A stretch of 64,000 bases of DNA from an uncultured Anaerolineaceae bacterium (GTDB lineage: Bacteria > Chloroflexota > Anaerolineae > Anaerolineales > Anaerolineaceae), in the NCBI GenBank assembly GCA_964498605.1, contig CAZCHK010000003.1:13621-77620 (forward strand), written 5' to 3'. Below the pieces are notes generated by a model. It was not told where the DNA came from, made no database searches, and saw only the letters and a program-made list of their open reading frames with translations. Shown here one piece after another: positions 1-8,055 of the stretch. Position 1 is the first letter of the stretch; each line of letters begins with the position of its first letter. The position numbers were made by a program, and so were the translations under genes.

Positions 1-987
1 GTCGAGGACACCATGGATCAGGTGCGCCTGATCGCTGTTCCCTTCCCTGACAAGAACATGTACCTGGAATGGGAGCGTGAGCTGCTGGGTCTGTACGTCA
101 GCGATCATCCCCTCAAGCCGTACGCCGGAGCGCTCAAGAAGTGCTCCACCTGCAGCAGCGCAGAACTGCAGGATCTCAAGCCGCATGCCAAAGTCAAGCT
201 GGCCGGAATGATCAGCGCGTTTCGCGCCACGCGCACGAAAAAAGGCGACCCCATGGCGTTCGTCACCCTGGAGGATCTGACCGGCAAGACCGAGCTGATC
301 CTGTTCCCGCGTGTTTGGGAGGAGGTTCACCTGGTCATCCGCAGCGGCGCGGTCATCTGCGCGGAGGGTTCGCTGGGAGACAAGGAAGGCGATCCCAAGG
401 TGCTGGTGGACAGGATCAGCGAGCTGCAGCTCGAGATCGACGCTGCTCAATCCTCGACCGGAGTGGAGAGACACGCGCCAGAAAGCGATCCACCCGCGAT
501 CGGGCAGGAATCCCTGGACGAACCGCTCGACATGCGCGCAGATACGCTGCCAGGGGACATTCCGTGGGATGAGGACACTCCTTCGGCTTACCAGCCACCA
601 GCCACCCATCAAGCCGCAGCGGTTGTGGCTGAAGCACCCGTTTTGGTGCTGGAAGCCCCCGCTGTTGTACCCCAGCCCTGTGCCCCGCCGGTCACGTACA
701 TCCTCCCGTCTTCCCAGGACAAGCCCAGGCGCCTCTGCCGGATGTTGACCATCGTCGTCCGTTCAACAGGTGACAAGGAGCGTGATGTGCGCCGCCTGAA
801 CCGCCTGCTGGGCATGCTCAGCTCCTGCCCGGGAGAAGATCGCATGGCGCTGCACATCCACGAGGATGGTCAGGAGTACCTGCTGGAGTTTCCGAACATC
901 AGCATCCGCGTCTGCGACGACCTGCTCAACCGCATCGGCGGGATCATCGGCAGCGATGAATACCGCGTCGAAAGTGTTGATCTGTAA
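1..987 (+). CDS. dnaE: DNA polymerase III alpha subunit, C-terminal portion (5' end outside window)
   Basis: Frame is open from nt 1. The OB-fold block LLGLYVSDHPLKPY...KVKLAGMISAFRATRTKKGDPMAFVTLEDLTGKTELILFPRVWEE is typical of the DnaE C-terminus. A P/A-rich linker and a ~90-aa tail follow. Confidence 0.8.
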   Translation, partial: VEDTMDQVRLIAVPFPDKNMYLEWERELLGLYVSDHPLKPYAGALKKCSTCSSAELQDLKPHAKVKLAGMISAFRATRTKKGDPMAFVTLEDLTGKTELILFPRVWEEVHLVIRSGAVICAEGSLGDKEGDPKVLVDRISELQLEIDAAQSSTGVERHAPESDPPAIGQESLDEPLDMRADTLPGDIPWDEDTPSAYQPPATHQAAAVVAEAPVLVLEAPAVVPQPCAPPVTYILPSSQDKPRRLCRMLTIVVRSTGDKERDVRRLNRLLGMLSSCPGEDRMALHIHEDGQEYLLEFPNISIRVCDDLLNRIGGIIGSDEYRVESVDL

Positions 988-1028
988 CGGTTCGTTTTCC
1001 CCTGCATTTTTGATAGAATACTCACACA

Positions 1029-2432
1029 ATGCGTAAATGGCGTAAATATCGCTGGCTGGCTGCCGCTTTGATCTGCCTGTCAGGAGGTTTTGCTCTCATC
1101 CTGCTGGGTCTGCAATCTCAGTTCGTGGTGATCCTGAATGGCGAGGAGAGACCGTACACCGGAATGGCCATCAGTGTTGGGGCCGCGCTGGATCAGGCCG
1201 GGGTGGTCGTGCACGCCGATGACCGCGTGCAGCCCCCTCTGGACGCCTCGCTTCTCCGCGCGAACACGATTGTCATCAGGCGCGCGGTGCCATTGACAGT
1301 GGTCGTCCAGCCAGCTGGCACGCGACTCGCGTTGCACACTGCCGAAACAATCCCGGGCAACCTCCTGCGCAACGCCGGGCTCCTTCTTTTCCCCCATGAC
1401 CGCGTCACTGTCAACGGTCTGGAAGTCGAGCCCGACCAGCCGATCAACCTGGCTTCTGGAACGCGGATCGAGCTGCTCCAGGCACAGCCAGTCAGCATCC
1501 TGGTGAACGGTACAACTCGCCTGGTCCACACGAGCGCCTCATCAGTCGGACAGGCGCTGCTGGATGGCGGATACGCTCTCTCGCCCCAGGACCGCAGCGA
1601 TCCGCCGATGAATGCCAGCCTGCTGGGTGTCAGCCAGATCCGCTACACGCCCGCTGTGGAACTGGATGTTGAGGTGGGTGACCGCGGGATGTTCAAGGTG
1701 AAAAGCAGCGCGCCCAGCGTCGGAGAAGCCCTGGCAGGTGCGGGTGTGTCGCTGCAGGGCCTCGATCGCAGCATACCGCCTGAAGATCAACCGCTGCCCC
1801 CTGATGGGCTGATCCAGGTCATCAGAGTGCGCGAGGACCTGGTCTTCCTACAAACTGCTCTTCCATACGGAAACGAGTACGTGGAAGATCCCGGCACCGA
1901 GCTGGACCAGAGCAGCATTGTCACGCCCGGCCAGTACGGCGTGCAGGTATCGCGGGAGCGCGTGATGTTCGAAGGCGCGCAGCAGGTCGCGCTGAAGCGT
2001 GATGCTGCCTGGGAAGTGTCAACGCCCGTCAATCAGCTGACAGGCTACGGCTCAAAACCCGTCATCCGCAGCATCGATACGCCGTACGGCACGCTGGAGT
2101 ACTGGCGCAAAATGACCGTTTACGTCACATCGTACGCCCCCTGTCCCTACGGGGAAACCCCCTGTTATTTTGGTTCATCCTCGGGCATGCCCGTTCAGGA
2201 AGGCCTGATCGCTACCTACCTGAGCTGGTACAGGGCGATGAAATTCCAGCGCCTGTACGTGCCCGGTTACGGCATCGGCACCATCGGCGATGTCGGCAGG
2301 CATCCGGACGGCATCCCCTGGATCGACGTGGCATACACCAATGAGACGTATATCCCCTGGGGGCAGTGGGAAACAGTGTATTTCCTGGCTCCCATTCCAT
2401 CCTGGTTCCCAGTGATCCTCCCGGCACCCTGA
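1029..2432 (+). CDS. DUF348/G5/3D-domain cell-wall-associated protein (YabE/RpfB-like)
   Basis: N-terminal TM segment, repeated DUF348-like segments (GxxV...DRV.P), a G5-like middle, and a C-terminal 3D-like block VTSYAPCPYGETPCYFGSSSGMPVQEGLIAT...YVPGYGIGTIGDVG. Confidence 0.7.
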   Translation: MRKWRKYRWLAAALICLSGGFALILLGLQSQFVVILNGEERPYTGMAISVGAALDQAGVVVHADDRVQPPLDASLLRANTIVIRRAVPLTVVVQPAGTRLALHTAETIPGNLLRNAGLLLFPHDRVTVNGLEVEPDQPINLASGTRIELLQAQPVSILVNGTTRLVHTSASSVGQALLDGGYALSPQDRSDPPMNASLLGVSQIRYTPAVELDVEVGDRGMFKVKSSAPSVGEALAGAGVSLQGLDRSIPPEDQPLPPDGLIQVIRVREDLVFLQTALPYGNEYVEDPGTELDQSSIVTPGQYGVQVSRERVMFEGAQQVALKRDAAWEVSTPVNQLTGYGSKPVIRSIDTPYGTLEYWRKMTVYVTSYAPCPYGETPCYFGSSSGMPVQEGLIATYLSWYRAMKFQRLYVPGYGIGTIGDVGRHPDGIPWIDVAYTNETYIPWGQWETVYFLAPIPSWFPVILPAP

Positions 2433-2434
2433 AC

Positions 2435-3274
2435 ATGGACGTGATCGAGCTTCTGCGCCGCTATCACCTGGACCCCAAACAATCGCTGGGCCAAAATTTC
2501 CTCGTCGCGAAAAGCGACCTGCAAAAGGTAGTCGCAGCAGCTGAATTGACCCGGCAAGACAGCGTGCTGGAGATCGGTGCGGGCGTTGGCAATTTGACTC
2601 TGCCTCTGTCCAAAGCGTGCGGGACGGTGACCGCCGTGGAGATCGACCAGCGCTTTATACCCATCCTGCAGGAACTGACGGATTCGCATACCAATGTGCG
2701 CGTTGTGCACGGCGACATTCTGAAAATCGAGCCCAGCTTTCTCGGTCTGCCTGACGGTTTCGTGGTGGTCGCCAATATCCCCTACTTCATCACGTCCGCC
2801 ATAATCCGCAGGCTGCTTGAAAAAGGCGCCAAGCCTTCGCGCCTGGTGCTGACAACGCAAAAGGAGGTCGCCCAGCGCGTCTGCGCCAAGCCCGGAGACC
2901 TCAGCCTGCTTGCCCTCAGCGTCCAGGTGTACGGCGCTCCGCGTATCGTGGAGACCATCCCTGCCAGCGCGTTCTATCCCGTCCCGGAAGTGGATTCCGC
3001 CATTCTGCGCGTTGACCTGTTCGCGCAACCGGTGATTGATCCATCTGATCTTGGGTTGTTTTTTCAACTTGCCAAAGCGGGTTTCCATCAAAAGCGCAAG
3101 ACCCTGCGCAACAGCCTGTCCGCGGGCACATCCCAGGAAAGGTGTGACACGCAACATGTGCTTGAATCAAGCGGGATCGATCCCATGCGCCGCGCGGAAA
3201 CGCTCAGCCTGGAGGAATGGGACACCCTGACACAAAAATGGAGAGACCATTTCGAAAAAACACAGCCTGCTTGA
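2435..3274 (+). CDS. rsmA: 16S rRNA (adenine1518/1519-N6)-dimethyltransferase
   Basis: KQSLGQNFL, VLEIGAGVGNLT and ANIPYFITSAI motifs. Start moved to the ATG at 2435, 2 nt after the upstream stop; the ORF-track extension overlaps the previous gene. Confidence 0.9.
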   Translation: MDVIELLRRYHLDPKQSLGQNFLVAKSDLQKVVAAAELTRQDSVLEIGAGVGNLTLPLSKACGTVTAVEIDQRFIPILQELTDSHTNVRVVHGDILKIEPSFLGLPDGFVVVANIPYFITSAIIRRLLEKGAKPSRLVLTTQKEVAQRVCAKPGDLSLLALSVQVYGAPRIVETIPASAFYPVPEVDSAILRVDLFAQPVIDPSDLGLFFQLAKAGFHQKRKTLRNSLSAGTSQERCDTQHVLESSGIDPMRRAETLSLEEWDTLTQKWRDHFEKTQPA

Positions 3275-4003
3275 CTATGACGCTCGTGGAAGTTTTCGAT
3301 ACCTGACCGGCAGCGACCACACCTGCAGGGCAGCTTCAACCTGGATGCGGAACGACATTTTGGAGCGCCCGTGCACCCTCTCCGCGAAGTGGATGGGAAT
3401 TTCTGAAAATTTTGCCCCCATTTTCTGCGCCAGGTAGTTCACCTCGACCTGGAAAACATATCCATTGGAACGCACCATGCTCAGGGGCATGCGCTCGAGC
3501 ATCTCCCGGTTCCAGAACTTGAAGCCTCCGGTCACATCCTGGACCTGCATGCGTAGAATGGTTCGCGCGTACCAGTTGCCGAATCTCGAAAGCCGCTTGC
3601 GAAAAGGCGACCAGGCATCATCCAAACTGCCTCCCGGGACGTAGCGGGAGCCTACCGCCACATCGCAGTGATCCAGCTCCTGCAGCAGCAGGGGGATCCT
3701 GTCCACGGGATGCGAGAAGTCCGCGTCCATCTGGCCGATGACTTCGGCTCCCAGGTCCAGCGCGGCGCGAAAACCTTCCAGGTACGCGCTGCCCAGACCG
3801 CGCCGCCCTGCACGGCGCAGGTATTCAAAATTGCCGGGGTGATCCTGTTTGATCCTTTCCGCCACCTTTCCGGTGCCATCCGGGCTGTCATCATCGACGT
3901 TGAGGATTCCCAGATCCCGGATGCGCAGATCAAGGATCGCCTGTGCAATCAGAGGCAGGTTCTCGCGTTCATTAAACGTCGGCATGACTATCCAGATCTT
4001 CAT
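3275..4003 (-). CDS. GT2 polyprenol/dolichol-phosphate mannosyltransferase-like glycosyltransferase
   Basis: IVMPTFNERENLP...VDDDSPDGT...QMDADFSHP are GT2 (DxD) Ppm1/DPM1-like motifs. Confidence 0.8.
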   Translation of the reverse strand: MKIWIVMPTFNERENLPLIAQAILDLRIRDLGILNVDDDSPDGTGKVAERIKQDHPGNFEYLRRAGRRGLGSAYLEGFRAALDLGAEVIGQMDADFSHPVDRIPLLLQELDHCDVAVGSRYVPGGSLDDAWSPFRKRLSRFGNWYARTILRMQVQDVTGGFKFWNREMLERMPLSMVRSNGYVFQVEVNYLAQKMGAKFSEIPIHFAERVHGRSKMSFRIQVEAALQVWSLPVRYRKLPRAS

Positions 4004-4074
4004 CGGAGATTAACCTGATTTTACATCGTTCAGTGAATATTGCCTGATTTGTCCCCCGAATAAAAATAGCGTGG

Positions 4075-4455
4075 CTAAGTGCCGGAAAGGGCCTTTTTAA
4101 GATCTTCGGACGCCCGGCGCATCTCGAGGAAGATCAAGCCCAATTTGCCCTGCTCAGCCGCCATGCACGCCAGCACGGCGTCCTGCCCGATCGCCATCAG
4201 GATGATGTAACCATTATTGCCTTTGACGTATACCTGCTCGAGCGTGCCCTTGCCCAGTTCCTGGGCGATGCGCTCTCCAAGCGAGAGCATGGCCGCGGAC
4301 ATGGCCGCCACGCGGTCCTCCTCGACGCCTTCCTGCAGCGCCGACGCAATGGCCAGGCCATCCACGCTGACCACGGCGGAGGCTTCAATGTCCGGCAGTG
4401 AGTTGTGCAGTTGGCGCAGTCGGTCGATGATTTTCTGTTTTCGGCTATCAGCCAC
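4075..4455 (-). CDS. Roadblock/LC7 (MglB-like) domain protein
   Basis: 126 aa. VVSVDGLAIASAL...AAMSAAMLSLGERIAQELGKGTLEQVYVKGNNGYIILMAIG fits the Roadblock/LC7 pattern. GTG start preceded by GGAGA. Confidence 0.75.
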   Translation of the reverse strand: MADSRKQKIIDRLRQLHNSLPDIEASAVVSVDGLAIASALQEGVEEDRVAAMSAAMLSLGERIAQELGKGTLEQVYVKGNNGYIILMAIGQDAVLACMAAEQGKLGLIFLEMRRASEDLKKALSGT

Positions 4456-4543
4456 GTTCTATCTCCAATAACAAAAACACCCTCTTGGCAGGTTGCTGTT
4501 CTACTTTAACATAGCCATTTTGCAATGTCAAGCAGTCTTTGCA

Positions 4544-4565
4544 GGGCTTGCAAATTTGCAAGCCC
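4544..4565. promoter_or_regulatory. Perfect 22-bp palindrome GGGCTTGCAAATTTGCAAGCCC (candidate operator)
   Basis: Read directly; self-complementary over all 22 nt. Lies between the divergent Roadblock and MFS genes, about 50 nt upstream of a TGGTATGAT -10-like box (4612-4620). A third TTGCAA copy is at 4520-4525. Confidence 0.5.
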
Positions 4566-4650
4566 TCAAGGCGTAAAACACCATTATTCAGCGTTTGAGC
4601 AGTCTGCTTTATGGTATGATTTCACATCATTCCACAAGCCTGAAGCATTC

Positions 4651-5964
4651 ATGGGAATAATCGCTCCACTCACAACCAAGCCTTCCTTTTTCCGTGCTGC
4701 GTTTGCCGCGCTGCAGTACCGCAACTATCGCCTCTGGTTTGTCGGGCAGCTGGTCTCGCTGATGGGTACATGGATGCAGTCCACCGCCCAGCAGTACCTG
4801 ATCTACGATATGACCAACTCCACGTTCCTGCTGGGGGTGGTCTTTTTTGCGGCAGGGATCCCCATGCTGGTGCTCAGTCCCCTCACCGGACTGCTGGCAG
4901 ACCGGATTTCGCGCCGCACCATGCTGCTCATCACGCAAAGCTCGATGATGGTCCTGGCCTTCATCATGGCGCTTCTCAAATTCACGAACCTGATCCAGTA
5001 CTGGCACATCATCATTCTTGCGCTGCTGCTGGGTATTTGCAACGCGTTTGACGCCCCTTCCCGGCACGCGTTTGCCGTTGAACTGGTCGATGACCGCAAG
5101 GATCTGACCAACGCCATCGCGCTCAATTCAGCCATGTTCAACGCGGCAACGATCGTCGGTCCGGCCGTATCGGGCATGGTCTATTTTCTCGTTGGCCCGG
5201 CATGGTGCTTCACGATCAACGGGATCTCCTTCATCGCTGTCATCGTCGCGCTTGTGCTGATGCGAATACCGCCCATGCAAATCGTGAAATCCCATGAAAA
5301 AGCCCTCAAGCAAATACGGGAAGGGTTCCAGTGCGTCTTCTCCAACCGGGTCATGCTGTGGCTGATCCTCTCCCTGGGCATGATCAGCCTGTTCGGTTTT
5401 GGCGTGGCGAGCCAGTCCCCGGCGTGGGCGAAATCCATCCTCGGTGGTGATGAACGCACCAATGGCTGGATGATGACCTTCCGCGGCATCGGTTCACTCG
5501 TGGCAGCCATGCTGGTAGCCAGCTCGAGCCGCGGGAAAACGCACGGCAGATTGTGGAAAGCCGGCATTTTCATCCTGCCAATCTTTCTTGCGCTTCTGGC
5601 GGTCACTCCCTGGCTGGGGCTTTCCCAGACCGTCATGACCATCCTGACATTCATCTTCGTGGCCTTCATCGGCGCCAGCCTGATGCTGGTCGCCAACACC
5701 TCCAACGGGATCATCCAGTCGATCGTGCCTGACGCCATGCGGGGCCGCGTCATGGGCATCTACGCCATGATCTTCATGGGCGCCATGCCCCTGGGTTCCC
5801 CTGTCATCGGGGCTCTGGCGACAAGCTTATCCCTGCCGACAACCGTGCTGATCGCGAGCGCGTTGATGCTGACATACTCGCTGGCCACGCTGATCTTCAA
5901 CCCGCTCATGCGCCACCTCGAGGATAACATCGATCAGGAAAAGCCCATTTTGAAAGAAGAATAG
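4651..5964 (+). CDS. MFS transporter (EntS/MFS_3-like)
   Basis: About 12 hydrophobic helices, with N-terminal FRAAFAALQYRNYRLWFVGQLVSLMGTWMQ typical of this MFS subfamily. Start moved to M43 of the ORF-track protein, because the upstream part covers the palindrome and promoter. Confidence 0.8.
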   Translation: MGIIAPLTTKPSFFRAAFAALQYRNYRLWFVGQLVSLMGTWMQSTAQQYLIYDMTNSTFLLGVVFFAAGIPMLVLSPLTGLLADRISRRTMLLITQSSMMVLAFIMALLKFTNLIQYWHIIILALLLGICNAFDAPSRHAFAVELVDDRKDLTNAIALNSAMFNAATIVGPAVSGMVYFLVGPAWCFTINGISFIAVIVALVLMRIPPMQIVKSHEKALKQIREGFQCVFSNRVMLWLILSLGMISLFGFGVASQSPAWAKSILGGDERTNGWMMTFRGIGSLVAAMLVASSSRGKTHGRLWKAGIFILPIFLALLAVTPWLGLSQTVMTILTFIFVAFIGASLMLVANTSNGIIQSIVPDAMRGRVMGIYAMIFMGAMPLGSPVIGALATSLSLPTTVLIASALMLTYSLATLIFNPLMRHLEDNIDQEKPILKEE

Positions 5965-5966
5965 AA

Positions 5967-5996
5967 AGACCTCTCCAAAAAAGAGAGGCCTTTTTC
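5967..5996. terminator. Bidirectional rho-independent terminator candidate
   Basis: AGACCTCTC-caaaaaa-GAGAGGCCT hairpin with one mismatch, followed by TTTTT. Sits between convergent genes; an A-run on the other side gives a U-tract for the minus transcript. Confidence 0.55.
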
Positions 5997-6011
5997 GTGT
6001 TCCAGCAAGAT

Positions 6012-6695
6012 TTATCCTTCGGGTGATTCCTCTTCAACGCCACTGTGGTGCGGGTGGATGACGATTCCCACGGCCTGCCACTCGTCGCCGCTGACATCGC
6101 GCGGTGAGATGATCGTCACCAGTGAGCCGACACCCAGCTCCTCCAGGCGTTCCTCGGGGAGGATGCGCGTGTCCTCGGTGATGAGGAATGTCGCTTCCGT
6201 GCCGTCCTTTGCGGTGATGCTGATCGAGACGCCACCCTCGTATGCGCTGACCGTACCCACATGATGCTTCTTCTCGGGCTTGCCAGGGATCGTGTTGATC
6301 TTCAACGCCAGGCATCCCTTATCGTCATCCTCAGCCTGCAGATGGGCTTTGGAGCCGGTGGCGATATCATCAAGCGCTGCCTCCTGGTTGCCCGGGATCT
6401 TGATGCGGGTTCCTTCGTCAACGGCGCAGGTCTTCAGTGATCCATCCTCGAGTTTCAGTGTGATCGAACCCTCGTCAACGGCTTCTACCACGCCGCTGAG
6501 GTTGAGCTTCTGTTTTCCCTTGCCGGCTTCGCGGGTCTCTTTATCAATGGCCGCCTGCGTCGCCCTGGCTCCAGGGGTCTTGTCCTGAGTGGGTTTTCCA
6601 GTCCACCCGTCAGCCGGACTGGCGACCGCGGTTGAAACAGCTCCCAGCAGCATGAGCATCACAACAGCAAACGACACGATAGCGTACTTCCTCAT
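6012..6695 (-). CDS. Secreted protein with two DUF5666-like beta repeats
   Basis: Signal peptide MRKYAIVSFAVVMLMLLGAVSTAVA. Two related segments: GVVEAVDEGSITLKLEDGSLKTCAVDEGTRIKIPG and GTVSAYEGGVSISITAKDGTEATFLITEDTRILPE. Confidence 0.5.
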   Translation of the reverse strand: MRKYAIVSFAVVMLMLLGAVSTAVASPADGWTGKPTQDKTPGARATQAAIDKETREAGKGKQKLNLSGVVEAVDEGSITLKLEDGSLKTCAVDEGTRIKIPGNQEAALDDIATGSKAHLQAEDDDKGCLALKINTIPGKPEKKHHVGTVSAYEGGVSISITAKDGTEATFLITEDTRILPEERLEELGVGSLVTIISPRDVSGDEWQAVGIVIHPHHSGVEEESPEG

Positions 6696-6704
6696 AAGAA
6701 CCTC

Positions 6705-7091
6705 CTATTCACATGTCACCAGCAGGTAGAAGATGACCTCGTTGCCCTGCACATCACTGGCGATGATCTCGAGCAGATTGTCACCCGGGGCCAGGGCGAC
6801 CTCCACCTCAAACGCTAATTCCTGAACATAGACAAAGCTCTCGCCAACGCTGATAACAGTCTCCGGTGAAGCTTCACCCTTCACCGTGACAAGATCTCCG
6901 CGCACCACCGACCCATCCACGGGTTCCGTGATCCTCACCCATAAAGCGCCATCTTCCGAAGCGGCTCCCTGGGTCGAGATCACCGCTTCTGCCGCGGCCT
7001 CTTCCGGTTGAGCTTCAGACAGTACGTTCGCATCGGGCACGCCGCAGGAGAGCAAAACCAGCATGCTCATCAAAAAAACCATGAATCGCAT
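6705..7091 (-). CDS. Small lipoprotein, Ig-like beta-sandwich (hypothetical)
   Basis: Lipobox LVLLSC. Beta-rich VRGDLVTVKGEASPETVISV...LLEIIASDVQGNE. Confidence 0.45.
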   Translation of the reverse strand: MRFMVFLMSMLVLLSCGVPDANVLSEAQPEEAAAEAVISTQGAASEDGALWVRITEPVDGSVVRGDLVTVKGEASPETVISVGESFVYVQELAFEVEVALAPGDNLLEIIASDVQGNEVIFYLLVTCE

Positions 7092-7160
7092 ACGACCATT
7101 CTATCACGCGGTCCAACCAGGTGTACCAGACTGGTAAAATTGTAATGAAATCGTAAACCC

Positions 7161-7607
7161 ATGAAGAAACAGCTTATCCGCGTGCTGGCCTTATGCATTT
7201 TCTCTCACCAGGGCAGAATCCTGGTCTTTGAAGGGCATGATTCGAAAAAGAAAGAATCGTTCTACCGCGCTCTGGGGGGCGCGGTGGAGTTTGGCGAACC
7301 GGTCGAGGCGGCCCTGCGCCGCGAGATCCGCGAAGAGACGGGTCAGGAGATCACTCACCTGCGCCAGCTGGGAGTCTTGGAGAATATTTTTATGTATGAG
7401 AGCAAACCGGGTCATGAGATTGTTTTTATCTACGACGCGGAATTCAAAGACGCCAGCGTGTACACGCAGCGAGATCTCAAAGCATCCGAGGATGACGGCA
7501 TCGCGTTCAAACTGCGCTGGCTGCAAATTTCTAAGCTGACGCGGTTGAAGTATCCCCTTTATCCTGCTGGAATCACGCAGTTGATACTGGATCAAAACCA
7601 TTCATAA
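7161..7607 (+). CDS. NUDIX hydrolase
   Basis: Nudix box GGAVEFGEPVEAALRREIREETGQE. TGGTAAAAT -10-like box at 7132-7140. Confidence 0.85.
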   Translation: MKKQLIRVLALCIFSHQGRILVFEGHDSKKKESFYRALGGAVEFGEPVEAALRREIREETGQEITHLRQLGVLENIFMYESKPGHEIVFIYDAEFKDASVYTQRDLKASEDDGIAFKLRWLQISKLTRLKYPLYPAGITQLILDQNHS

Positions 7608-7617
7608 CGGAGGAAAC

Positions 7618-8055
7618 ATGTTCAAACAATTCAAGGAATTCGTCATGCGCGGGAACGTGCTGGACCTGGCTGTCGGCGTCATCATCGGTGGAGCCTTCGG
7701 CAAGATCGTCTCCTCTCTGGTGTCAGACGTGATCATGCCGCCCATCGGCCTGCTGCTCAACGGGATCAATTTTTCAGACCTGGTCATCCCGCTCAAGAAA
7801 AGCGAATTCTCCACCCTGGCCGAATTCCAGGCAAACAGCATCCCGACCATCAATATCGGGCTCTTCATCGAGGCCGTCATCGACTTCCTGATCATAGCCC
7901 TGGTGATTTTCCTCATCGTCAAGGGCGTCAGCAAGCTGACCAAAAAACCTTCCAAACCAGCCGATCCAACCACGAAGGAATGCCCTTACTGCTGCACGAC
8001 GATCGCCATCAAAGCATCCCGCTGCCCTCACTGCACGTCAGAATTGAATGAGTGA
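7618..8055 (+). CDS. mscL: Large-conductance mechanosensitive channel with C-terminal CxxC...CxxC zinc-ribbon tail
   Basis: MFKQFKEFVMRGNVLDLAVGVIIGGAFGKIVSSLVSDVIMPPIG is canonical MscL. SD GGAGG 5 nt upstream. Tail is KECPYCCTTIAIKASRCPHCTSEL. Confidence 0.9.
   Translation: MFKQFKEFVMRGNVLDLAVGVIIGGAFGKIVSSLVSDVIMPPIGLLLNGINFSDLVIPLKKSEFSTLAEFQANSIPTINIGLFIEAVIDFLIIALVIFLIVKGVSKLTKKPSKPADPTTKECPYCCTTIAIKASRCPHCTSELNE

Noticed and set aside
3272-3277. Convergent rsmA and GT2 genes with directly abutting stop codons (TGA/CTA). Similar convergent overlaps occur at 24753-24763 and 54456-54459.
   Set aside because: This reflects genome compaction. No hairpin or other element is present that would make it more than overlapping 3' ends.
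4525-4650. N-terminal 42-aa extension of the MFS ORF (MSSSLCRACKFASPQGV...).
   Set aside because: The extension is translated across the 22-bp palindrome and the TGGTATGAT box. The MFS homology begins only at the internal Met at 4651.
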